DNA from: a bacterium
Lineage (GTDB): Bacteria; Patescibacteriota; Minisyncoccia; JAHIHE01
Length of the DNA: 54,792 bases
Direction: 5' to 3'
NCBI GenBank assembly: GCA_030693205.1
Contig: JAUYBG010000011.1
Span: 1 to 54,792 of the forward strand
The first letter of the stretch is position 1; every line of letters begins with the position of its first letter. Below the pieces are notes generated by a model, which saw only the letters and a list, made by a program, of their open reading frames with translations, was not told the DNA's origin and did not search any database. A program made the translations under genes and the position numbers. Shown one piece after another: positions 28,053 to 35,775 of the stretch.

Positions 28053-29630
28053 ATGCAAACTCTAACAAAAAAACAAAAACAAGTCTTTGATTTCATTAGC
28101 GCCTATCAAACAGAAAATGGAATTTCTCCTACAATAGAAGAAATAAGAAAAAAGTTAAAGCTCAAAGCAGTATCAACGATACATGAACATATAAATACGC
28201 TGAAAGAAAAAGGCTATCTTTCGAAAAATGATAATTCTGCTCGGGGTATAACTTTAAGAAAAGAGGAAAGAATAATTATTAATATTCCAATAATCGGGAA
28301 AATAGCTGCAGGAAAACCAATTGAAGCTATTGAAGATTTTCAAGAAAATATATCTGTATTGAATCCAGCTATCAAAAATCCGAAAAATTACTACGCTCTT
28401 CGCGTAGTTGGCGATAGCATGATTAACGAAGGAATTTTCAATGGCGATACTGTGATAATTAAAAAACAATCTTCTGCAGAAAATGGCCAAACTGTCGTTG
28501 CTATTATAGATAACAACGAAGCAACGCTTAAAAAACTTTACAGAGAACGGAACAGGTTCCGTCTTGAGCCTAGAAACCCAAACATGCTACCCCTTTATAG
28601 AACTGAGGTCGAAGTAAGAGGCGTTGTCGTTCAGGTAATAAACAATGTTTCCGGCGAACCAGAAAAGAAAACTGTAAAAAAAACTCGGCATGGATTCAAA
28701 ACGCTAGATCTTTTTGCTGGGGTCGGCGGAATACGCCTAGGTTTTGAAAAAGCTGGATTCAATACTGTTTTTGCGAATGACTTCGATGAACAATGCAAGA
28801 TTACTTATGATTTAAACTTTCTAACATCAAAACTTGTAGTCGAAGATATAAGAAAAATTGGAATTAATGATTTGCCAAAATTCGATTTTCTGTTAGGCGG
28901 TTTCCCTTGCCAGCCTTTTTCTATTGCAGGATATAGACAAGGATTTAACGATAAAAAAAATAGAGGAAATCTGTTTTTTGATATCGTAAAAATCATAGAA
29001 GCGAGGAGGCCTGAAGGTTTCTTGCTTGAAAATGTAAAAAATCTAAAGAGCCACGACGGCGGAAATACCTTCAAAACTATTGAAAAAATACTGAAAAACT
29101 TGGGCTACTATGTAAAAGCAAGGGTGCTGAATAGCATGGAATACGGCAATATCCCTCAAAATCGAGAAAGAGTTTACATTGTAGGGTTCAAAAATAAAGA
29201 TTATACTGATAATTTTTTATTTCCAGATCCAATCAAACTAACAAAAAAGATTACTGATTTGTTAGAAAAAAGTGTTCCGGAAAAATACTACTACAACGGC
29301 AAGCCGCTATTCGCGAAACTAAAGGATTATATAAAAGAATATGGAAAAGTTTACCAATGGCGCAGACAATATGTACGAGAAAATAAAAGCGGGGTTTGCC
29401 CAACACTAACCGCAAATATGGGTACGGGGGGGCATAATGTTCCAATTATAAAAGACAAAAAAGGCATTCGAAAGCTAACTCCTCTTGAATGCGCGCGCAT
29501 TCAAGGTTTTCCTAAAAATTATAAATTACCGCAGATTGCCGACTCTGCATTATATAAACAATTTGGAAATTCAGTAAGCGTTCCGGTTATTGAAGCTGTG
29601 GCAAAACAGATGATGAGTGCCATGATGTAA
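28053..29630 (+). CDS. Fusion protein: full-length LexA (wHTH + S24 autoprotease) joined to a DNA (cytosine-5) methyltransferase
   Basis: LexA part: IAAGKP (Ala86-Gly87), VVGDSM (Ser122), ATLKKL (Lys160). MTase part: LFAGVGG (I), GFPCQPFS (IV), ENVKNL (VI), QNRERVYIVG (VIII), GNSVSVPV (X). It is a single 525-codon ORF without interruption. Confidence 0.9.
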   Translation: MQTLTKKQKQVFDFISAYQTENGISPTIEEIRKKLKLKAVSTIHEHINTLKEKGYLSKNDNSARGITLRKEERIIINIPIIGKIAAGKPIEAIEDFQENISVLNPAIKNPKNYYALRVVGDSMINEGIFNGDTVIIKKQSSAENGQTVVAIIDNNEATLKKLYRERNRFRLEPRNPNMLPLYRTEVEVRGVVVQVINNVSGEPEKKTVKKTRHGFKTLDLFAGVGGIRLGFEKAGFNTVFANDFDEQCKITYDLNFLTSKLVVEDIRKIGINDLPKFDFLLGGFPCQPFSIAGYRQGFNDKKNRGNLFFDIVKIIEARRPEGFLLENVKNLKSHDGGNTFKTIEKILKNLGYYVKARVLNSMEYGNIPQNRERVYIVGFKNKDYTDNFLFPDPIKLTKKITDLLEKSVPEKYYYNGKPLFAKLKDYIKEYGKVYQWRRQYVRENKSGVCPTLTANMGTGGHNVPIIKDKKGIRKLTPLECARIQGFPKNYKLPQIADSALYKQFGNSVSVPVIEAVAKQMMSAMM

Positions 29631-30194
29631 CTACCAAATTTTAATGTTTTTTCCTATTGGCTTAATTCTATAAGGTTTAATTATATCATTGATTATACTA
29701 AACCTTGGCCGTCTTTTTTCTTTTTGCTGAAGTTCCATTGTTTGCCCGTGATTTACCTTATTTTTATAGATTAATTTGTTGGGAATTTCATATACGTCAA
29801 AAGTTCCATCCAATTTCTCTTTTTTATAAAAACTCATAAAATAAAGCTTATCCCATTCGCTTTTTGGACCAAAAGAAGTTAAGTCTGCCTCTATACTGCT
29901 AGCCTTAATCTGCTCTCTCTCGCCTGTTTCTAAATTAATCGTATCAAATGAAACAGAGCCCTTGCCTTTCAATTTTCTTTGAAATCTCACAGAATTAGAA
30001 AATACACAGAACATCCCCTCAGACAAAACCTCGGGAATATTAACTTTTCTGCCATATTTACCAAGCCCATCATTCAGCTTAACCCAAATATCAAAAAGTT
30101 TTTTAAAAGTTTTTGCATCTACCTTGCTAAAGCGCGCAACCTCTACTTCAATTTCACCTTCTTTTGTTTTAATTATACATTTATTCAGTTTCAT
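29631..30194 (-). CDS. Candidate type II restriction endonuclease (cognate of the methyltransferase; possibly Bsp6I-like)
   Basis: 187 aa, convergent, and abutting the MTase stop with zero spacer. VSFD...GEREQIKASS gives a possible PD-(D/E)xK-like core. The family assignment is from memory and context only. Confidence 0.45.
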   Translation of the reverse strand: MKLNKCIIKTKEGEIEVEVARFSKVDAKTFKKLFDIWVKLNDGLGKYGRKVNIPEVLSEGMFCVFSNSVRFQRKLKGKGSVSFDTINLETGEREQIKASSIEADLTSFGPKSEWDKLYFMSFYKKEKLDGTFDVYEIPNKLIYKNKVNHGQTMELQQKEKRRPRFSIINDIIKPYRIKPIGKNIKIW

Positions 30195-30262
30195 ATTATA
30201 GTTTTTATAAATTTATTATTGGAATTTGCTACTTTTTTAACTGATTGTTTTTTTATAAAATT

Positions 30263-30610
30263 TTACAATTTATTATATTTTGTATGCTTCCCTTTTGCTT
30301 TTTCAACCGGATACTTTTTCCCGTTTTTTATAAGTTTATCCTCCACCGCTTTTTTTATATCAATATCCAAGCCATGCGCAATATCCATTAAATAAATAAA
30401 AACATCGGCAATCTCATCTCCGATTTCGTCTTTATTTATTTTTATATATTCTTCAATTTCTTTTTCATTTTTCCATTGAAAATGCTCCAAAACTTCCGAA
30501 GCTTCCAAAACAAGTGAAATTGCCAGGTCTTTGGGCTTATGAAACTGTTTCCAGTCTCTTTCGTCTCGAAATTTAATGATTTTTCCCGTTAAATCTTTAA
30601 TGTCTGACAT
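30263..30610 (-). CDS. DCTPP1/RS21-C6-like all-alpha MazG-family nucleoside triphosphate pyrophosphohydrolase
   Basis: FRDERDWKQFHKPKDLAISLVLEASEVLEHFQWK and EIGDEIADVFIYL closely follow the dCTP pyrophosphatase 1 pattern (ERDWEQFHQPRNL...GELAELFQWK). Confidence 0.8.
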   Translation of the reverse strand: MSDIKDLTGKIIKFRDERDWKQFHKPKDLAISLVLEASEVLEHFQWKNEKEIEEYIKINKDEIGDEIADVFIYLMDIAHGLDIDIKKAVEDKLIKNGKKYPVEKAKGKHTKYNKL

Positions 30611-30699
30611 AATTTTGTTATAAATCGTATTAAAACCTATTTAATTAAAATTATCTATCAAATTTTACCTCAATCTGACCATAAAATCAACGGAATATA

Positions 30700-31776
30700 T
30701 CACTCAAATTTCGCCATTTTTTCTTTCCACTTCCCGATAACTTCCGGCTCGACTAAGACCGGATGAAAGACCAAATTGCTGTCATTGTACCGGATGCGCG
30801 CTTTCGGACTGCCAGTCAAAGGATTTTTTTCGATAAAATAAACTTGTAATTTTTTAAAATATTTTTCAAAACGATCGCCGACAAATCCGGAAAGTAAAAA
30901 CTCAAAAAAATGTTTGATTTTAAGCGATACGCCTTTCAAAGGAATCGTGCGCAAATTCTTTTCCAAGCTTCCCGAGGAAGAATACGTATAATTTTTTATC
31001 CAGGAATTTTCCTTAAAAAACTTTTTGTAAAGATTGAGGTCTCCCGACAAGGGCAGAAGATTCAAATATTCCTCTGCTTTATAAAGATTGCCGAAATCTA
31101 TGCCCAGTGATCTGTCGGTAATATAATGATTGAGGCAAAGCCGGTTTTCCGTCTTGCCGGTATGCCGATACACGCCGAATAAAAGCGTAAAAAAAGTCAG
31201 CGCCGCGCGCGCCGTCCAGATTCTTCCGTATTTCGCGACGATCAAGAGATCAATATCCGATTCTTTTTGCGGATTTCCGATGGCTGTTGAACCGCTGATC
31301 ATTATCAGGCGGATGAACGGAAGATAAGAAATAAATTTTAAGATCCATTTTGATCTTTTAAATTTTTGGTCGGTTAATTTCTTGCTTTGAATTCTTTGCT
31401 TGATCATCTCTTTCCGCCCGCGCAAAAAATAAAATCCGTTTTTTTGTTCGATTGTTTTTTTTAAGATCGTGCTGTTGTCTAAAATTTCTATGATTTCCGA
31501 AAATGATAGTTTCCCATTGTCATCCTGAATTTTCAAATTATCGTTCTTGATTTGTTCTGTGTCATCCTGAACTTGTTTCAGGATCTTATCGTCTCGCTTT
31601 TCGGCTTTTATAGATCCCGAAATAAATTCGGGATGACATTGCGGGTATGGCTTTATCAAATACTGATAAATCTCCCCTGCCGTCAGCGGATAATTAAAAT
31701 AATCGTAATAAGCGATCGTGGCGAAGATTGAACGCTCAAAATTGGATATTGAACCTTGCCGATTTTGGCTTGACAT
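30700..31776 (-). CDS. Nucleotidyltransferase-fold protein with N-terminal winged-helix-like region; carries in-frame hairpin-repeat insertions
   Basis: ISGSTAIGNPQKESDIDLLIV (GS...DxD pol-beta NTase motif). Residues about 46-86 (CHPEFISGS...ILKQVQDD...KIQDD) are encoded by mini-hairpin repeats. Confidence 0.6.
   Translation of the reverse strand: MSSQNRQGSISNFERSIFATIAYYDYFNYPLTAGEIYQYLIKPYPQCHPEFISGSIKAEKRDDKILKQVQDDTEQIKNDNLKIQDDNGKLSFSEIIEILDNSTILKKTIEQKNGFYFLRGRKEMIKQRIQSKKLTDQKFKRSKWILKFISYLPFIRLIMISGSTAIGNPQKESDIDLLIVAKYGRIWTARAALTFFTLLFGVYRHTGKTENRLCLNHYITDRSLGIDFGNLYKAEEYLNLLPLSGDLNLYKKFFKENSWIKNYTYSSSGSLEKNLRTIPLKGVSLKIKHFFEFLLSGFVGDRFEKYFKKLQVYFIEKNPLTGSPKARIRYNDSNLVFHPVLVEPEVIGKWKEKMAKFE
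31519..31640. repeat. Cluster of GTCATCC-type hairpin mini-repeats inside the 30700-31776 CDS
   Basis: GTCATCCTGAA at 31519 and 31561. Hairpins ATCCTGAA-N5-TTCAGGAT (31564-31584) and ATCCCGAA-N5-TTCGGGAT (31614-31634). Confidence 0.7.
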
Positions 31777-31800
31777 TTTTTAAAATTTACTAATTGAAAA

Positions 31801-34713
31801 TTATTTCGCCAAAACTTTCTTCAAGAATTGCCCGGTATAGCTCCGCTTTACTTTCGCCACTTGCTCCGGCGTACCTTGGGCCACCACTTCGCCGCCCTTG
31901 TCTCCGCCTTCCGGCCCCATATCAATGACCCAGTCGGCGTTCTTGATAATATCCATATTGTGCTCGATCAAAAGTACGGTGTTCCCGCGATCCACGAGCT
32001 GGCTCAAAACATTGAGCAAGTTCCGCACATCTTCCGGATGCAAACCGACCGTCGGCTCGTCCATAATGTAAAGCGTGGTTCCTTGCTTCTCCGGACGCGA
32101 CAGCTCGGAAGCCAATTTGATCCTCTGAGCTTCGCCTCCGGACAAATGCGTCGCCGGCTGGCCGAGCCGCAAATATCCCAAGCCCACTTTTTCAAGCAAA
32201 GAAAGCTGATTGACCAGTATTCCGTCTTCGGCAAAAAAGCTCAGCGCCTCATCCACCGACATTTCCAAAACCTCGGCAATATTTTTGCCTTTATATTTTA
32301 TCCTCAAAGTGTCTTCCGTATACCTCGCGCCATTGCAATCCTCGCACGGCACATAGACATCGGACAAGAAATACATTTCCACTTTTTTTACGCCGTCGCC
32401 CTTGCAGCTCTCGCAGCGCCCGCCTTTGACATTAAAACTGAAATGGCCGATCTTGTAGCCCAGCCTTTTGGCTTCGGGAAGCTCAGTAAAAATTTCCCTG
32501 ATCCGGTTGAATAATCCGGTATAAGTGGCGGCGTTCGAACGCGGAGTCCGGCCGATCGGGTTCTGATTGATGCGGATGACTTTTTTCAGATTTTCCACGC
32601 CGGTAATTTTTTTATGCTGCCCAATCTCGGCTTTGGCGTTATAAAAATACTTGCTTAAATATTTGCCCAAAATATCATCGATGAGCGTGCTTTTGCCCGA
32701 ACCGGAAACGCCTGTAAAGCAAACCAATTTTCCCAAGGGAATCACGATATCAATATTTTTCAAATTGAATTCCGTAGCGCCAAAAATACATAAAGAATTT
32801 TTCTTATCAATTCTGCCAACCGGCTTCCTGGCGCGATGAATCAGCAGTTTTCCGGATAAATATTGCCCGGTATAGCCTTTGCTTTTGGTCACTTCTTTCA
32901 ACGTGCCGCTGGCCATGATATTGCCTCCGATTTTTCCCGCGCCCAGCCCGATATCGACGATCCAGTCAGCTGCCCTGATAAAAGCCTCTTCGTGCTCCAC
33001 CACCAGCACCGAATTCCCCAGATCGCGAAGCCTGATCAGCATCTTGATAATTTTCTCGTTATCGCGCGGATGGAGCCCGATCGACGGCTCATCAAAAACA
33101 TAAAGGATGCCGGACAAAGACGCTCCTATCTGAGCCGAAAGCCTTAGCCTCTCGCTCTCGCCGGCGCTCAAAGTATCGGAAGCGCGGGAGAGCATCAGAT
33201 AGCCCAAATTTATCTGGGTAATTATTTTCGTGCGTAAAACTATTTCTTTCAAGATCGGAGCAATGACCTGATCGCTCGTTTTAGTTTCTCCTCCTTTAGT
33301 CTTATTGGAAGTTTTTGCCTTTTTCTCGACGCTTGAAAAACTTCCGGAAAATTCATTCTTAAAATAGCCGTATAGCTTCTCGATCGGCATTTGAACAAAA
33401 TCATTGATTGATTTACCATTTATCTTTACCGCCAAAACTGTTTTATTCAATCTCTTGCCTTGGCAATCGGGACAAATCCGTTTCACCATATATTGCTCGA
33501 TTTCCGCTTTTATGAATTCCGAGGCTGTTTCGTGATACTTAGCTTCGATCAACGGAACGACTCCGCGCCACGCTTCTTCCTCTGACTTTGCTTTTGACGA
33601 AGAACTTTCACCGTTCTTTTTTTTCTCTCCATAGAGCACCAGATCCAGCACTTCTTTCGTTAAGCGAGCCAAGGGAACATCAACCGAAAAATTCAATCTT
33701 TCCGAAGCTTCTTTCAGCGCTTGAAAATCGTTTTGCCAGGAATTCCACGAACTTCTCCACGGTTTGATCGCCCCTTCCGCGAGCGTCAATTTGGAATTGG
33801 GAATGATCAGGTCCGCTGAAACTTTTAAAACCATTCCCAAGCCGGTGCAAGTGGAGCAAGCCCCCGAAGGATAATTGAAAGAAAACATCCGCGGCGATAA
33901 ATTTTCCATTGTAAAATCGCAGTCTTCACAATAAAACTTTATGCCGTATTGTTTTTCTTTCCCGCCGGCGCTTACCACCAAACTGTCTTTCCCGTATTTC
34001 AAAACCGAGCTGATCACGTCTCTAAGGCGGGTTTTTTCATTAAAAGATTCAAAAACACTGCCTTCGATTATTTCTTCGATCAGCAAATAGACTTTTTCTT
34101 TATTGTTCTTGATCTTTGGCAAAAATTCATTTACAGGAATGATCCCCCCGCTGGTCTTGATCTTAAAAAATCCTTCCGATTTCGCCTCGTTCAATAATTT
34201 TAAGGCCGGTTTCGATCCCAGCGGAGCAAAAATAAAAAGCTTGGCGCGGCCGCGAGCTTTAGTTTTAATTATTTCATTATAGATTTCCAAAGGGGTGTGC
34301 TTCGTAAGCGCCTTGCCGCAACCCGGGCAATGCTGCACTCCGGCTCTCGTAAAAAGCAGCCGCAAATAATCATAGATCTCCGTCATCGTGCCCACGGTTG
34401 AGCGCGAAGTCCGGATGCAATTTTTCTGATCAATGGCAATGGCGGGGCTCAAGCCCTGGATCTCGTCCACTTCCGCCGAATTTTTATTGCTCGCTATTTT
34501 CCCGAATTCTCCGGATAGATTCTCGAGATACCGCCTCTGCGCCTCGGCGTAGATCGTATCGAAAGCCAGCGATGATTTTCCGCTCCCGGAAAGTCCGGTA
34601 AGAACCACCAATTGATTCCGCGGAATGTCGAGAGAAATATTTTTTAAATTATGCGTGCGAGCTCCCTGGATTTTTATCACTTGCCTGGAAGCGTTAGAAA
34701 GTTTTTGTTTCAT
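31801..34713 (-). CDS. uvrA: Excinuclease ABC subunit A
   Basis: 970 aa. Two ABC modules (GLSGSGKSSLAFDT, GVSGSGKSTL), zinc-finger Cys clusters, LSGGEAQRIKLA. Confidence 0.98.
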   Translation of the reverse strand: MKQKLSNASRQVIKIQGARTHNLKNISLDIPRNQLVVLTGLSGSGKSSLAFDTIYAEAQRRYLENLSGEFGKIASNKNSAEVDEIQGLSPAIAIDQKNCIRTSRSTVGTMTEIYDYLRLLFTRAGVQHCPGCGKALTKHTPLEIYNEIIKTKARGRAKLFIFAPLGSKPALKLLNEAKSEGFFKIKTSGGIIPVNEFLPKIKNNKEKVYLLIEEIIEGSVFESFNEKTRLRDVISSVLKYGKDSLVVSAGGKEKQYGIKFYCEDCDFTMENLSPRMFSFNYPSGACSTCTGLGMVLKVSADLIIPNSKLTLAEGAIKPWRSSWNSWQNDFQALKEASERLNFSVDVPLARLTKEVLDLVLYGEKKKNGESSSSKAKSEEEAWRGVVPLIEAKYHETASEFIKAEIEQYMVKRICPDCQGKRLNKTVLAVKINGKSINDFVQMPIEKLYGYFKNEFSGSFSSVEKKAKTSNKTKGGETKTSDQVIAPILKEIVLRTKIITQINLGYLMLSRASDTLSAGESERLRLSAQIGASLSGILYVFDEPSIGLHPRDNEKIIKMLIRLRDLGNSVLVVEHEEAFIRAADWIVDIGLGAGKIGGNIMASGTLKEVTKSKGYTGQYLSGKLLIHRARKPVGRIDKKNSLCIFGATEFNLKNIDIVIPLGKLVCFTGVSGSGKSTLIDDILGKYLSKYFYNAKAEIGQHKKITGVENLKKVIRINQNPIGRTPRSNAATYTGLFNRIREIFTELPEAKRLGYKIGHFSFNVKGGRCESCKGDGVKKVEMYFLSDVYVPCEDCNGARYTEDTLRIKYKGKNIAEVLEMSVDEALSFFAEDGILVNQLSLLEKVGLGYLRLGQPATHLSGGEAQRIKLASELSRPEKQGTTLYIMDEPTVGLHPEDVRNLLNVLSQLVDRGNTVLLIEHNMDIIKNADWVIDMGPEGGDKGGEVVAQGTPEQVAKVKRSYTGQFLKKVLAK

Positions 34714-34893
34714 AAATAAATTTTGTTTTTATATTCAATTGGAATCATTAGCGCTGGCATTTTAATCGCTTTATTATAGACTATAATGAATAATTAATCA
34801 AGAGCGCACGTATTTCTTTTCCATTCAGACCAATTAGAAACAAAAACCCCCGCAATCTTTTTATTAAAATAATGGAAAATCCTTAAAAATCGG

Positions 34894-34922
34894 TTGACAA
34901 ACCCCCTCTCTTGTGTTAATAT
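34894..34922 (+). promoter_or_regulatory. Promoter TTGACA-17-TAATAT with extended -10 TG
   Basis: TTGACA 34894-34899, TGT-TAATAT 34914-34922. Confidence 0.55.
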
Positions 34923-34959
34923 AGTTTTATGGCTTAAACAAAAGCCTTTGTTATTGCTC

Positions 34960-34987
34960 GCCTCGCTGAAGTTTTGGCGAAGCGGGT
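34960..34987. repeat. Dispersed about 30-nt repeat, copy 2 (same family as 24117-24147)
   Basis: GCCTCGCTGAAGTTTTGGCGAAGCGGGT in the 5' UTR of the holin-like gene. The TTG start at 34974 in the ORF track falls inside it. Confidence 0.5.
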
Positions 34988-35018
34988 TAAATTTAATAAA
35001 TATTACAAAATATTACTT

Positions 35019-35366
35019 ATGCGTTTTATTTATCAAATATTAATAAACGCGATTGCGATAAAAGCGGCTGTCTATTTTAAACTGATACCGGGATTTGAAT
35101 TTACCGGAGATACAATTTCACTTTTATGGGTCTCTTTCCTTTTAACAATAGTGAATTTCTTCTTAAAGCCCGTTTTAAAATTATTGTTCGGACCGCTTAT
35201 TCTTCTGACTCTTGGACTTTTCACGGTAGTAATCAACATGATCATCATCTATATAGTCGATCGTTCCACTCCTGATCTGACGATCACTGGAATTCCGGCG
35301 CTTTTCTGGGCAACGATCCTTCTGGGGTTCGCTAATCTAATATATTCTTTAATTTACAAAAAATAA
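35019..35366 (+). CDS. Phage-holin-family-4 / DUF360 membrane protein
   Basis: The ATG at 35019 (MRFIYQILINAIAI...) is preferred. LKPVLKLLFGPLILLTLGLFTVVINMIIIY is family-typical. Confidence 0.7.
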   Translation: MRFIYQILINAIAIKAAVYFKLIPGFEFTGDTISLLWVSFLLTIVNFFLKPVLKLLFGPLILLTLGLFTVVINMIIIYIVDRSTPDLTITGIPALFWATILLGFANLIYSLIYKK

Positions 35367-35371
35367 TCGCT

Positions 35372-35596
35372 ATGACTCTACCGCAAATAATAGAAACATC
35401 GCAAATAGGCGTCTCTGTATTGCTTATCATATTGATCCTCCTTCAGGCGCGCGGAGTCGGGCTTGGCTCGACTTTCGGCGGCGAAGGAAATTTCTACTTC
35501 ACCAAGCGCGGAGCGGAAAAAACAATATTCACTCTTACTATAATCTTAGCCACTGCCTTTTTGGGATTGGCTTTTTACAGTTTAATAACAAAGTAA
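35372..35596 (+). CDS. secG: Preprotein translocase subunit SecG
   Basis: 74 aa with two TM helices. LLIILILLQARGVGLGSTFGG is the SecG signature region. Confidence 0.8.
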   Translation: MTLPQIIETSQIGVSVLLIILILLQARGVGLGSTFGGEGNFYFTKRGAEKTIFTLTIILATAFLGLAFYSLITK

Positions 35597-35775
35597 ATCC
35601 CCTTTAAGGTTTTCGATATCCAAGATATTGCCGCTAAATCTGCCGAATAACGGAATATGCTTCCTAAAGCATGATATCATAGCCAACAGCGGGGATAAAA
35701 TCTATAAATATTTTTCGTATTTTAAAAAACAAAAGAAAGAATCTTCCGAATTTAAAATATCCGGATAATTTTTCC

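Noticed and set aside
34974-35018. TTG start at 34974 for the holin-like protein given in the ORF track
   Set aside because: The first 15 codons are encoded by a dispersed non-coding repeat (copy of 24117-24147) and are not part of the conserved family. The ATG at 35019 is preferred.
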